The position numbers and the translations under genes were made by a program. DNA of 64,000 nucleotides from Deinococcota bacterium (lineage in GTDB: Bacteria; Deinococcota; Deinococci; Deinococcales; Thermaceae). Each line of letters starts with the position of its first letter. Position 1 is the first letter of the stretch. The stretch is from contig JBGFRI010000038.1 in the NCBI GenBank assembly GCA_041695225.1, forward strand, positions 24,307 to 88,306. Reading direction: 5' to 3'. Below are positions 46,366 through 58,767 of the stretch, piece by piece. The notes beneath the pieces were generated by a model. It was given only the letters and a program-made list of their open reading frames with translations, had not been told where the DNA came from and searched no databases.

Positions 46366-47202
46366 GTGTTTTTGTCGGTTTATCATCTGACGGAATATTT
46401 CTACCCCGACGAGGCGTGGGACTCTTTTAATGAGTTGTGGCTTTATCCGGTAGACGACCACCGCCAGGGGCTGCTGGAGTTTCGGCTTCAGATTTTACCC
46501 GATTCAATGCCCCGCAGCCGCCAGGATTACTTCCGCAACCGGGTTTACGATTTTCACGTTACCAGGCCACACAAACAACTGCGGGTGGAAATGCGGGCCA
46601 GGGTGGTAACGTTTGGCGTTCCAAAACCATGTTCGGTGGCGGTGCAGGTCCTGGAAAGTATGGAAGCTCGCTTTTTCGAATTTCTGGCTCCTACGGGGCG
46701 TGTACCCCTGCACCACAACTGGCTAAAGCTGCTAAAGCTACGTCGCCCCAGCCCCCGCGAAGACCTGCATGGTTACCTGCTCGAGGTCACCGAACACCTC
46801 AACCGGCTCTTCAGCTACAATACCGGGTCTACCCAGGTAGACACCCCCTTGCTTCAGTTTGTAGAAGGTGGGGCCGGGGTCTGCCAGGATTATGCCCAGG
46901 CCATGCTGGCGGCGCTGCGCAGTGTGGGTATTCCGGCCCGCTATGTTTCGGGGTATCTGGCGACTGGCGTAGGTTCGGAGGGGAACCACGCCTGGGTCGA
47001 AGCCTTTGTGCCCGGGTCAGGCTGGTATGGCTACGATCCCACCAACAACTCCATCATTACCGAACAGTATGTCAAAAAAGCCCACGGGCGCGATTACGAC
47101 GACTGTCCACCGCTCAAGGGGCTCAGGCGGGGTGGGGGTAAGGAAAGCCTGAAGGTGCAGGTCAGGGTAGAGCCCTGGCAGAGGCCGCTCTCAAATGGCT
47201 AA
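46366..47202 (+). CDS. Transglutaminase-like protein
   Basis: GVCQDYA, PARYVSGYL, HAWVE, DPTN and GRDY.D. Confidence 0.9.
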   Translation: MFLSVYHLTEYFYPDEAWDSFNELWLYPVDDHRQGLLEFRLQILPDSMPRSRQDYFRNRVYDFHVTRPHKQLRVEMRARVVTFGVPKPCSVAVQVLESMEARFFEFLAPTGRVPLHHNWLKLLKLRRPSPREDLHGYLLEVTEHLNRLFSYNTGSTQVDTPLLQFVEGGAGVCQDYAQAMLAALRSVGIPARYVSGYLATGVGSEGNHAWVEAFVPGSGWYGYDPTNNSIITEQYVKKAHGRDYDDCPPLKGLRRGGGKESLKVQVRVEPWQRPLSNG

Positions 47203-47235
47203 TCTTGCGCAACCCTCCCCGTCACCTGGCGCCGG

Positions 47236-47730
47236 TTAGTTGAGACTTTCGCCCACGGTCTCTTCAAACAGTCTGCGGGCGTCCTCGAGGTTCATCTCCA
47301 TAACCTGGGAGATCTCCTCGGCCAGCAGGTGCATGGCCCGCCGCAGGGCCTGGCGGTCGAGGTCGGGCAGGCCTTTTTCTAGCTCCCAGGCCCGCAACTG
47401 ACCCGCCAGGGTGGCAATGCGGAAGGGGTCTCCATCGGCCAGAATCTCGGTAGTCTTGCGGTGGCGGGCAGCCCATTGGCGCGGCAGGGGTAGGCGGCCC
47501 TCGTGCAGCAGGCCCAGAATCTCGTTTACCTGATCTGGCGACAAGGCCCGACGCAGACGGGTGGTTTGCGGTGCTTCTACGGGTACATAGGCTTTGGAAC
47601 GCGTTCCGGGGAAGTCAACTTGATAATAGGTTCTGTCGGAACCAGCAACCGAACGCTGGGCAATCCCAGCCACCACACCTACGCCATATGGCGGCAACAC
47701 AACCTTATCTCCTGGACGGTATTCGCTCAC
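47236..47730 (-). CDS. carD: CarD family transcription factor
   Basis: YRPGDKVVLPPYGVG, KAYVPV and LPRQWAARHR; GTGA overlap with tetR. Confidence 0.92.
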   Translation of the reverse strand: MSEYRPGDKVVLPPYGVGVVAGIAQRSVAGSDRTYYQVDFPGTRSKAYVPVEAPQTTRLRRALSPDQVNEILGLLHEGRLPLPRQWAARHRKTTEILADGDPFRIATLAGQLRAWELEKGLPDLDRQALRRAMHLLAEEISQVMEMNLEDARRLFEETVGESLN

Positions 47731-48290
47731 AACGCCACTCCTTTCAACAACACCCCAAGCAGGTGCTCGAGGTAGGCTTCCCGTGGAAACTCGAGCTGCG
47801 GACTGCAGGCCAGAGCAGCAATGCTGGCAGCGGTCAGACTGGTATCTAGTTCGCGGCGAACCTCGCCCCTGGACTTGCCATCCTGTACCAGCTTTTCCAG
47901 CAGATGCTGGTAGTGCTCGTGCATACCCCTGAGCCAGCCAGTGGTATCCACAGGATGGGCCTCGCGCGCTACCGCCGCCCACAAACCGCGCCACTCCTCT
48001 ACCCAGGCGATGCGAAGCCGCAACACCAGAGCCAGCCGGTCGCGGAACGAGCCACCCCGGTTCACTACTTCTTCTACCCTCTGGTAGTAGGAGAAGGTGT
48101 GGTGCTCGACCAGCGCCTTCAGCAGGTCTTGTTTATCCTGGAAATAAAGATAAACCGTGCCTTTGCCGACTTCGGCTTCCCTGGCAACTTCCTCGACTTT
48201 TAGGCCCGACAACCCCCGGTCTCTTAAGACTCGGATGGTTGCCTCGAGGATTACTTCACGTTTGGGGGCAGTCCGAGCCTCCACGGTCAC
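47727..48290 (-). CDS. TetR family regulator
   Basis: VAREAEVGKGTVYLYF.DK. Confidence 0.92.
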   Translation of the reverse strand: MTVEARTAPKREVILEATIRVLRDRGLSGLKVEEVAREAEVGKGTVYLYFQDKQDLLKALVEHHTFSYYQRVEEVVNRGGSFRDRLALVLRLRIAWVEEWRGLWAAVAREAHPVDTTGWLRGMHEHYQHLLEKLVQDGKSRGEVRRELDTSLTAASIAALACSPQLEFPREAYLEHLLGVLLKGVAL

Positions 48291-48605
48291 GGCTCTAAAG
48301 TTTAGCAGAACCCCGGGGGGTATGGATGAGACCGGTCCCTGGTCAGGAGTTGGACCTTTTGTTAATGCTTGTCTGACGAGATTTTCGCGTTAGGCGAATT
48401 CTCATGCAAGCAAGCTTGCATACTTTTCCGATATGTTCATGCCACATTTACACTGGCCCTGTTTTTCTCTGGGGAGAGTGGATTGTAAGTAGTACCAAAT
48501 AGCTAGCTTGCTGCCCGAGGTTGCGATCATTGGCGGGGATCTCTCAGTGACGACAAAACTTAGCAGACTGACCCGACGAGTTTAGCAAACCACATAAGGC
48601 ACAGC

Positions 48606-49808
48606 CTAAACCCAGCTCACCGCCCCAAAGGTGTCTTCGCGGCGGGGGCTGGTCGAAAACATTACTACTGGGGTCTCGGTGTAACCCTCGATCAGCTCGA
48701 TGAAGCGCTGCACACTGGCAGGTAGCTGTTCGCGGCTGTGGATGCCCGCAAGGTTGCCCCAGCCCGGCAGTTCCTCGTATTTGACTGCGCCGCCCGGGCG
48801 GTGTTCGACCCCAATTTTCACCACGGGAAAGTCTGACAAAATGTCCAGCTTGGTCAGCACCAGGCCATCGAAACCATTGACCTCGCAGGCGTATTTGAGC
48901 AGCACCAGATCGAGCCAGCCGGTGCGACGGGCGCGTCCGGTGGTCACGCCGAACTCGCCGCCTTTCTGCCGCAGAAACTCGTCTTCGGCTCCGTGCAACT
49001 CGGTAGGGAAAGGGCCGTTGCCGACCCTGGTCGCATAGGCTTTGACCACCCCGTATACCTTGTTGATGGCCTTGTGGCTCACGCCAGTTCCCACCATAAT
49101 GCCCCCCACCGTTGGGTGTGAGCTGGTCACGAAGGGGTAGTCGCCGTAGTTAAGGTCGAGCATGGTGGCCTGCGCCCCCTCGAACAGCACTTTTTTGCCA
49201 TGTTTGATGGCATTGCGCAGCAGGCTTCCGGTGTCGCTTATGTGGGAGGCCAGAATCTCACCCATCCTGCGCAGGTCGGCCAGGGCTCTTTCGGAGGTGT
49301 CCCAGCCAGCCTCGAGGGTCGAGTTGGGCTTCTGGGTGAGAAGCTGGTCTACCCGCTCCTTCAGCACAGAATCGTTGAGCAAGTCTCCGGCGCGAATACC
49401 CACCCGACGCGCCCGGTCGGAGTAGGCTGGCCCGATGCCGCGCTTAGTGGTGCCCACAAAGTTGTTGCGGGCCTCCACGGCCTTGTGGTGGGGCAAGACC
49501 AGATGGGCTTTGTCCGAAACCAGCACTCTGGGCTCTAATCCTTCGGCGCGGATGTTCTGCATTTCTTCGGCAAAGCGAAAGGCATCAATCACCATGCCAT
49601 CGCCCAGGATGTTGGTCGCTCGAGGGTGAATGACCCCGGTCGGTAGCAGGTTCAGTCGGAAGGTCTTGCCCTGGGCCACCACGGTGTGGCCGGCGTTGGC
49701 CCCGCCCTGGTAGCGCACCACAAAATCGGCATTTTCCGCGAGGGCATCAGTAACCTTGCCCTTTCCTTCGTCGCCCCACTGTGCTCCAATAATGGCAATA
49801 CCTGGCAC
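48606..49808 (-). CDS. purA: Adenylosuccinate synthetase
   Basis: QWGDEGKGK, GGANAGHT, GTT.RGIGPAY, EGAQ, YPFVTSS and TTGR.RR.GW.D. Confidence 0.97.
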   Translation of the reverse strand: MPGIAIIGAQWGDEGKGKVTDALAENADFVVRYQGGANAGHTVVAQGKTFRLNLLPTGVIHPRATNILGDGMVIDAFRFAEEMQNIRAEGLEPRVLVSDKAHLVLPHHKAVEARNNFVGTTKRGIGPAYSDRARRVGIRAGDLLNDSVLKERVDQLLTQKPNSTLEAGWDTSERALADLRRMGEILASHISDTGSLLRNAIKHGKKVLFEGAQATMLDLNYGDYPFVTSSHPTVGGIMVGTGVSHKAINKVYGVVKAYATRVGNGPFPTELHGAEDEFLRQKGGEFGVTTGRARRTGWLDLVLLKYACEVNGFDGLVLTKLDILSDFPVVKIGVEHRPGGAVKYEELPGWGNLAGIHSREQLPASVQRFIELIEGYTETPVVMFSTSPRREDTFGAVSWV

Positions 49809-50071
49809 GCTTTATAGCCTAAGGCCAGGAGTCCAAAGCGAAAAGCCAGCGTTTGGGAGGAAAATACACGGCCTAGGGGTGTAGTTTTAGGGGCCCGGTG
49901 ACGCAGGTGAAGGCGATACTCGAGGGCGTGTTGTGCATCAGTGAAAAAGCTAGTCTATAGTCCATAGTCTATAGTCCATAGTCTATAGTCCATTGACGAT
50001 AGACGGCCAGCCCGTACACCAGGGCGACAATCCACGTGGGTTAGCCGGATGGATGGTTCACTACGGAGCAA

Positions 50072-50301
50072 TTACCCACAACAGACTACCTTGGCCGGAG
50101 GTGGAAGATAACCTCTGCCGTCCACCAACGGGGGCGTGACCTGGTTGTGCATTTTGACCACGGGATTCTCCTTCGCCGTGTTACTCTGCACTAGTAGTTC
50201 AATGAAGGAGTTCACGCTTGAGAAAGGGAGGTAAGGTGCAAAAGAGATGGCGAGATGGATTAATCCCAACGCATGCCCAGCCACTGCACTCGCCAGCATA
50301 T
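50072..50301 (-). CDS. Possible small membrane or exported protein
   Basis: Hydrophobic N-terminus, ends in VVCCG, divergent from a regulator; no recognisable family. Confidence 0.25.
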
Positions 50302-50615
50302 GGAGAAAGCCATCCGGCGATCTCTGTTTCCAGGCACGGGTTGCCAAAACTGTCCCGCAGCGAATTGGCTCTGATATACCCCAATGCTCTAATAACACAC
50401 CGCAAAATTTGCGGAGATAGCCAGGGCGGTATTCACAGCGGACGGTTTTTCACCAGGTTACGTTTTTGCCCCAGTCGCCCTTCGCCAGTCTCAGAGTTTT
50501 GTTTGATTGCGGCTAAAGGGCTGGCTCTAAGCCTTGAGGCGGCCCTGGTCCGTAGCGGCTATACAGTTGTCCTGGACTCACCAGGGCCCCAAAGGGATCT
50601 GCAAGGAGTGTAGGC

Positions 50616-52457
50616 ATGAATAAGGCTGGGGGACCAATCCAACTCAAACTATGGGGGCCGGCGCGGCTGGAATACCAGGGCCGCGAGCTAAAGCTCCAGC
50701 GCAAGGGACTGGCCATTCTGTTTTATCTGGCCCTCGAGGGTGCTACTCGGCGCGAAGTCCTGGCCGATCTGCTCTGGGGCCACACCGCGGCCTCGCAAAA
50801 CCTGAGGGTCGAACTGCACCGGCTGAGCCAGGCCCTCTCACCCCTGGGCTTTACCCTGTTCAAAGCTGGCGAAGACCCTTTGCAGCTTCCCCCCTTTGTT
50901 TCCCTGGACCGCACCCCCTCGCCAGGCGCGCCAATGGAGGGGCTAGAAGAGCTATCGGTGGAGTTTAGAGCCTGGCTCGAGGGCCAGCGTTCACAACTGA
51001 TGGCCAACAATTCTGGTACGGTAGGGCGGGAACGGCTGGTGCAGGAGGTAGCCTCGCAGCTGACCCTTCCCTCGGTCTTGATCCTGATGGGCCGGACCGG
51101 TTCAGGACGGGCGGCTTTTGCCCAGGCCCTGGCCAAAGTCTTGGGTATGCCCTTTCTGGAAGGCCCTCGAGGGGGAGGCAAGGCCCTGCACTACCTGCGC
51201 CCGCCTTACAACGATATCTCGATGGAGCGCATTCTTACCGACCGCGACGGGTTATGGGTGGTCGAACGCTCCTCCTACGGAGAAGACCCCAAACTAATCC
51301 TGGAGTTGCGTAGCCACTATCCCGCCGAGCGTACCCGCTACATTACCCTGCCGCCCATGTCCTGGGCCGAGGCCCGCGCCTCGATGCTCTCCAAGCTGCC
51401 CTTTGTACAGGCTGCCCGGCTGTTTCTGGCTTCAGGCGGCTCGCCCGGCCACCTGCGGGAGCTGCTGGCGGTGCCCCACAGCGGGACAGAAATGCCCCTG
51501 CCACAGCGGATACGTGCCCAGGTACAGCTCGAGGCCCGCATGCTCTCGCTCGAGGCTCGCCTCGCGCTGGAGCGGCTCTCGGTGCACCCTGGCCCCTACA
51601 GCCAGGGTCTGCTGGATGCGCTGGAAGCTACACCCTATCTGGATGAGCTCGAGCGCCGGGGCTGGCTGGTTTACGCTGGACAGTGGCAGTTCACCGACGA
51701 TGCCAGCCGCCGGGTTTTGTACCTGGGACTGCAGCCAGGCCGTCGCCAGCAGTACCATCGCCAGGCAGCCCTGCAATGCGCTATGGAAGAACAACGCATG
51801 GCCGAGGCCTACCACCGCCTGATGGCGGGTGACACTGCCGACTGGGGTACCTTCGTCAGTTCCCTGCCGGGGTGGACCCGCTACGGCCTCAAGGCCTGGC
51901 TGGGTATGAATGAAACCCTGCCTATGGGGCCGAGCATGGGCGAGCTGGCCAGAGGTAGCGAGCTGGTGCTGCTGGAAGAAGCCCGTTTTGGACAGGGTTT
52001 TGAAGTGGATGGCCGTCATGTGCGCTGGGTACGCACCCCTTCCCAGGCCACCACCTCGGGCATCATGTGGGCCAGCCACGATGAAACCTCACTGCTAAAC
52101 CTCAAGGGCCAGATTTATGTGGAAAACCCCCTGGGTGTAGGTATCTCGGGCCGGGCTGCTCCGCTCATGCTTGAAATTCAAGAGCCCCGCGAAGCCCGCG
52201 TGATCTTTCTCCCAGGAGTCCAGGCGGGCGCCTTGGCCGACAACGCCCTGCTTTTGCCGCTGCAAGAGGAACTCGACATCTGGTTCCGGGTTCCTGCTGG
52301 GGCCAGCATCCGCCTCACCAGCAGCGCCGAAAGCGGTCTGATTGATTTCGAGGCCACCTCCTACCGTGTGGCCCCGGCAGCTCAAGCCCACTCTGCCCCA
52401 AGGGTAAAGGCATTCGAATTTTTTCGTAGCGCGGTAGATACCGCCAGGAAATACTAA
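50616..52457 (+). CDS. SARP/BTAD-like transcriptional regulator with a degenerate P-loop and an unknown C-terminal domain
   Basis: L.L.GP..L, K..A.L.YLAL.G...RE.LA.LLW....A..NLR..L..L, F..WL...R and GRTGSGRA. Confidence 0.7.
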   Translation: MNKAGGPIQLKLWGPARLEYQGRELKLQRKGLAILFYLALEGATRREVLADLLWGHTAASQNLRVELHRLSQALSPLGFTLFKAGEDPLQLPPFVSLDRTPSPGAPMEGLEELSVEFRAWLEGQRSQLMANNSGTVGRERLVQEVASQLTLPSVLILMGRTGSGRAAFAQALAKVLGMPFLEGPRGGGKALHYLRPPYNDISMERILTDRDGLWVVERSSYGEDPKLILELRSHYPAERTRYITLPPMSWAEARASMLSKLPFVQAARLFLASGGSPGHLRELLAVPHSGTEMPLPQRIRAQVQLEARMLSLEARLALERLSVHPGPYSQGLLDALEATPYLDELERRGWLVYAGQWQFTDDASRRVLYLGLQPGRRQQYHRQAALQCAMEEQRMAEAYHRLMAGDTADWGTFVSSLPGWTRYGLKAWLGMNETLPMGPSMGELARGSELVLLEEARFGQGFEVDGRHVRWVRTPSQATTSGIMWASHDETSLLNLKGQIYVENPLGVGISGRAAPLMLEIQEPREARVIFLPGVQAGALADNALLLPLQEELDIWFRVPAGASIRLTSSAESGLIDFEATSYRVAPAAQAHSAPRVKAFEFFRSAVDTARKY

Positions 52458-52744
52458 ACCGGGATGTCTCAGGTCGCGAGTCGCAAGTCGCAAGCCAATA
52501 AAGACCTGTGACCTGAGACCTGCGACATTTTTACGGGGGCGATTAATCCATAAACTGGGAGACTGAGTGGTCGAGGCTTGTCCTGAGCCTTGCCCTGAGC
52601 CCGTCGAATGGGCCGTCAAAAGGGCAGTCGAAGGGATGGGGGTGATTAATCCATCAAGGATAGGATCGTAAGCCACCCGCTGCAGGGCCGATCTGGATTG
52701 CGCCGCACCTCTCAGGTACTCGCAGCTACTAAATCATTTGTCAA

Positions 52745-52800
52745 AGGGTTGCCGATAGGTTGTCGAAAGGTTGCCGGAGGGTTGCCGGAGGGTTGCCGAA
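52745..52800. repeat. Five 11-bp tandem direct repeats (core GGTTGCCG)
   Basis: Cores start at 52747, 52758, 52769, 52780 and 52791. Confidence 0.85.
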
Positions 52801-52859
52801 GGGGTCGTCATCGCGTAAGGCACGCATGTCAATAGAGTCGGGCAGTGGGCGTCGTACTG

Positions 52860-52948
52860 CTAAATCCCCCAACCCCCGTGCAAAGGGGGGAGGCCGCAGG
52901 CCGGGGGATTTACCTGGCAAGCTGGTCTACTTGACATACTAGGTTCAT
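52860..52948. repeat. Palindromic repeat module shared with 62581-62690 and 63891-63912
   Basis: ggccgcaggccgggggatttacctggcaag is inverted at 62581; ctacttgacatactaggttcat is inverted at 63891. Confidence 0.8.
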
Positions 52949-53085
52949 AGTGAGGAGGGTACAGACTACTCTTTCGTCCTTAGGGTGGTCTCTACTCACT
53001 TTCTTGACTCCCAACGCCAGATGCTCAGCCCCTCAGACGGCTTAGATCTGCCGCTCCATTCCAGCGACTGGAACCGGGCCACCGC

Positions 53086-54150
53086 CTAGATCTGCCGCTC
53101 CATAAACCAGCGAATTATCTGGTAGTGGTCTTCGAAGAAGCGGGCTTGGTGCTGGTATAGCTCGCCGAGTGGAAGCCAGAAGGCGGTATAGGCGTCGTGC
53201 TGACCATGAACGGGTGGGGGGGTAGCGTCGCCCAGATCAAAGTAGTGGCCGTGACTGATAACCCTGCCTCGCTGGCTACGACCTGGGTAGTCGAAGGCCT
53301 TGGTGGCCTTGAGCAGCTGGGGTTTGAGCACTAAACCGGTTTTGTCCCCTAACCCGCGGAGAGCAGACTGAAGCAGCGTTTCCTTGGGCTGCACATAAAC
53401 CCCCGGCAGCGCCCAGGCGCCCTTGCTAAGTGCGCCGCCGTGTTCGACCAGCAGCACCTGCCCCTGGGCCAGCACCAGTGCGTCGGCAGTGACGTGCACA
53501 ATGGGGTAAGGGTAGCAGTTATCGAGCGAGCAGTAGTGCTGAATGGTTTTCCATTCGGCTTGCAGGCGGCCATACTCGCTGGTGATGGCAAACTGCTCCA
53601 TGAACCGACGTACGGCCTGTGGAACCATCCCCTTCCACCCATCGCTGCCTGCAAAATAGCTATTTCGTATGCTGGTAGCGCTAAGACTGCTCACCACCCC
53701 GCTGGGCTCGTAGAGCCAGTTGCTAAAGCCATGTAAGTAGTAGCTGCTCTGGTCCTTGTCAAAACCGGTGATACGGATATCGGCGTCTTGTCCCGCGATG
53801 GCCTCCACGGCGGAGCGTACCGTGCGAAACCAGCGGGGGTCGTCGTAGAAGTCGTCGGGCATGTGTAGATAGTGGAGTCGAGGGTCGGGCGTGGAGGATG
53901 GGGTGCCAGGCCAACGGGTTGATAACGGGCTACTCGAGGTCTTATCCTCTAGCTGCGTTTCCGAAACCAGGCTTTCTCGAATCATCCGCTCGCGCTCTTC
54001 TGCGCTGAACGGGTTTTTGGTGGTGGGGTAGCACAGGGCGCTGCCCAGCACCACAATCAGTCGATCATAACGGGCCAGCGCACGGGTTATGGTCTTCAGG
54101 TGGGCCAGATGGGGGGGTTGGAAGCGCCCAATGAATACGGCGGTCTTCAT
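53086..54150 (-). CDS. nadM: NMN adenylyltransferase / Nudix fusion
   Basis: FIGRFQPPH.AH, KNPFS..ER, KD.SSYYL, SATSIR and FFEDHY.II. Confidence 0.88.
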   Translation of the reverse strand: MKTAVFIGRFQPPHLAHLKTITRALARYDRLIVVLGSALCYPTTKNPFSAEERERMIRESLVSETQLEDKTSSSPLSTRWPGTPSSTPDPRLHYLHMPDDFYDDPRWFRTVRSAVEAIAGQDADIRITGFDKDQSSYYLHGFSNWLYEPSGVVSSLSATSIRNSYFAGSDGWKGMVPQAVRRFMEQFAITSEYGRLQAEWKTIQHYCSLDNCYPYPIVHVTADALVLAQGQVLLVEHGGALSKGAWALPGVYVQPKETLLQSALRGLGDKTGLVLKPQLLKATKAFDYPGRSQRGRVISHGHYFDLGDATPPPVHGQHDAYTAFWLPLGELYQHQARFFEDHYQIIRWFMERQI

Positions 54151-54908
54151 GCTTCGCCCCTAAAACGATACAGCTCGGCGGGCCGAAACCCCACCCCGCT
54201 CTCGAGTTGGCCGGTTGGCTGAAGCATCCCCGAGGCCAGCATCTTGCGCCGGAATGAATCTTTGTTGAGCTTTTTTTGCAGTATGGCCTCGTGCACTGCT
54301 TGAAGCTGGCGCAGGGTAAAGCGTCGGGGCAGCAGCTCGAAGCCGATGGAGGTGTAAAGGAGTTTGCCCCGGATGCGCTGGACTGCCATGCCCAGAATCT
54401 CGGCGTGGTCGAAAGCCAACGAATACTTTTTGTTCTTGGAATCAAATATCTCCACCGGGCCCTGGTCTTCGGGGAAGCGCAAGCGGAATAGCGAAGTCTC
54501 CTCGGCGACTTCTCGAATGTGGCTTAGCTCAACCAGCGCATAGTAGGCCACGCTGATGATGCGCATACGGGGATCGCGCTCGGGGCTACCAAAAGTGTAG
54601 AGCTGTTCCAGATAGATCGGGTGATCTCCGGTTTTTCCCTCGGCTACCGTTCTCACTAGGCCTTGCAGCGCTGCTTTTTGTCGCAGTACCCGCGCAGCGG
54701 CCTGGTCCAGCGATTCGTGCGCCTGCACAAACCCACCCGGCAGGCTCCAGTAGTTGAGGAAGGGGTGTCCCTTGCGCTTGACCAGGAGGGCTTCCAGATG
54801 CCCTTCCCTTAGGGTCAGGATAACCACATCCACTGCCACCGAGGGCCGGTCAGGCCCGGAAGCATCATAAGTTCCCGGGTATTGTTGTTCATTGCCAGGT
54901 TTGACCAT
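54147..54908 (-). CDS. nrtR: NrtR-type Nudix-related regulator
   Basis: SVAVD, WSLPGGF, LEQLYTF...RDPR.R.ISVAY, LAFDH, FT...L and G.RPA.LY. Confidence 0.88.
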   Translation of the reverse strand: MVKPGNEQQYPGTYDASGPDRPSVAVDVVILTLREGHLEALLVKRKGHPFLNYWSLPGGFVQAHESLDQAAARVLRQKAALQGLVRTVAEGKTGDHPIYLEQLYTFGSPERDPRMRIISVAYYALVELSHIREVAEETSLFRLRFPEDQGPVEIFDSKNKKYSLAFDHAEILGMAVQRIRGKLLYTSIGFELLPRRFTLRQLQAVHEAILQKKLNKDSFRRKMLASGMLQPTGQLESGVGFRPAELYRFRGEA

Positions 54909-55197
54909 ATTGCCCCCTATCGCTCAAGCATCCTGTATGCACATAGCATATATGCGGAATGTATATAATACAACAGACTGGAAGGAAGCCGCAACACGCG
55001 GGCTAATTCTGCACAATGTACACATCTTTTGCAACACTTGATAATTTAGCCAGAGAGAGTGTGTTGAATTTTGCCAGCATAATGGTAATATGTCTTCCTA
55101 GGTGCTGCCCGCAGAACGCCAGTGCCCGCCCAGTTAGATGCAAGATACATCTAAGCGGTACAGCGAAATGAACCGGCAGGGCCCCACCGGAGGCAAT

Positions 55198-57348
<2,151 letters not shown>

Positions 57349-57477
57349 GCAATCTTTTTACTGGCCCGAAGACACCCTCCTTTGGCGCATATCCTTTGCG
57401 AGAGACTGATACTGAGTTTAGAATGGAGGGCGTCATAGTGAGGAGGCCACAGGCCGATGAAGCAGTCCACCAGGACA

Positions 57478-57695
57478 TAAACGCAACTTGACCGACGGGG
57501 TGATCTGGATTGCTTCCCCTTCGGCAGGCTCCCTTCGACCCTGCTCAGGGCAGGCAGGGCAGGCTCCTTCGGCAGGCTCAGGGTCGCAATGAAAATCCCC
57601 ATTCCTGCCCTTATTCCGAGGAGACCACAAGCCTATTTCTTGCGACGATGCTAAAGGCCCTCTCTCGTCATCGTGAGGAGGCCGAGAAAAGGCCA
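57478..57695. repeat. Palindromic dispersed repeat (GGTGATCTGGATTGCTTCCCCTTCGGC family)
   Basis: Matches the copies at 59780-60120 and, inverted, at 62745-62880 and 63765-63893. Confidence 0.85.
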
Positions 57696-57731
57696 TCTGG
57701 GGCTTGTGGCGAAGGGAGGACTGGTGACGCG

Positions 57732-58031
57732 GTGAGCCTCGAGTTCAGCGGTGAAATCTGGGAGTGGCGCGGCCCCGCTCCGTTCTACTTTGTGACCGTG
57801 CCCGAGGAGCAGAGCCAGGCCATCAAGAGTGCCGAGCGGTTTTTGACCTACGGCTGGGGCATGATTCCGGTAAAAGTCCGTATCGGAAAGACCGAGTGGA
57901 AGACCTCGCTGTGGCCCAAGGACGGCCTGTACGTCGTCCCGCTCAAAGACAAAGTTCGCCAGGCCGAGGGCTTGGGGGCGGGACAGACCGTAGAGGTATG
58001 GCTCGAGGTGGGTAAAGACGAAAGGGAATAG
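57732..58031 (+). CDS. DUF1905-family protein
   Basis: F.G.IW.WRGPAP.YFV.VP, GWGMIPV...IG...W.TSL.PK and Y.VPLK..VR.AE. Confidence 0.8.
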   Translation: MSLEFSGEIWEWRGPAPFYFVTVPEEQSQAIKSAERFLTYGWGMIPVKVRIGKTEWKTSLWPKDGLYVVPLKDKVRQAEGLGAGQTVEVWLEVGKDERE

Positions 58032-58107
58032 TCGTCAGGGGCATTCCTACTTCGGGACCCGTAAGGCGGGCGCATAGCCAGTTCTCACATACACCTGCCA
58101 GTAGTGC

Positions 58108-58560
58108 TCAGGTGTCTACCGACTGCTTGATGACATTGACCAGGGTTTGCAGCTCATGAGGTTTTGCGTTGTAGGTCAGGTGGGTAGGGCTGCGGCCTGC
58201 CCAGCCGGCAAACTCTAGGGGCAGGGTGGGCAGGTTGGCGGGATAGGCCTGCACTTCAAGCTCAACCTTGTGGGGAAACATCCGGTAAGAAACCCCAGCT
58301 CTAGGGAGGTAGCTTAGGTCGGTACTGGCCAGATAGTTCTGAAGGGTCAGGAAGTGTGCGAAGAACTGACCAGCGTGGTCTCGAGGGCGAAACCCCAGCC
58401 CATCGCACTCGAGGTGAAAACCAAAACGCCCCACCACATCGGCCTTAATCTGCAGGTTGCGGGGGTTCTCCAGCGCGACCCATTCGCTGTGACCACTAAC
58501 CAGAAGCTGTACCTCTAAGGGAGGCTTGGGCTTGTAGGGTTGATGACTGTGCTGAGACAT
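58108..58560 (-). CDS. Hypothetical protein
   Basis: 150-aa ORF with AGAGG RBS. Confidence 0.6.
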   Translation of the reverse strand: MSQHSHQPYKPKPPLEVQLLVSGHSEWVALENPRNLQIKADVVGRFGFHLECDGLGFRPRDHAGQFFAHFLTLQNYLASTDLSYLPRAGVSYRMFPHKVELEVQAYPANLPTLPLEFAGWAGRSPTHLTYNAKPHELQTLVNVIKQSVDT

Positions 58561-58767
58561 GGCTTGACCTCTTGCTGAATATCATAGTGTAACGAGCGGT
58601 GGGAGTGGGATAGGGAGGGGGGAGAGCCGTTGCTGAGCAAGCGCAAATGTGTTTTGGCCGCAAAGGGTGGCCTGGCCATGGTGTAGCCAAAAAATACATG
58701 TGCAGGCCCCGATTCTAGCACTGCTCCGGTTTTACAAGAGCTGCGCGTTGCCATAGACTGCAAAGGT

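Noticed and set aside
57510..57731. N-terminal extension of the DUF1905 ORF
   Set aside because: It is translated repeat sequence; GTG 57732 is the more plausible start.
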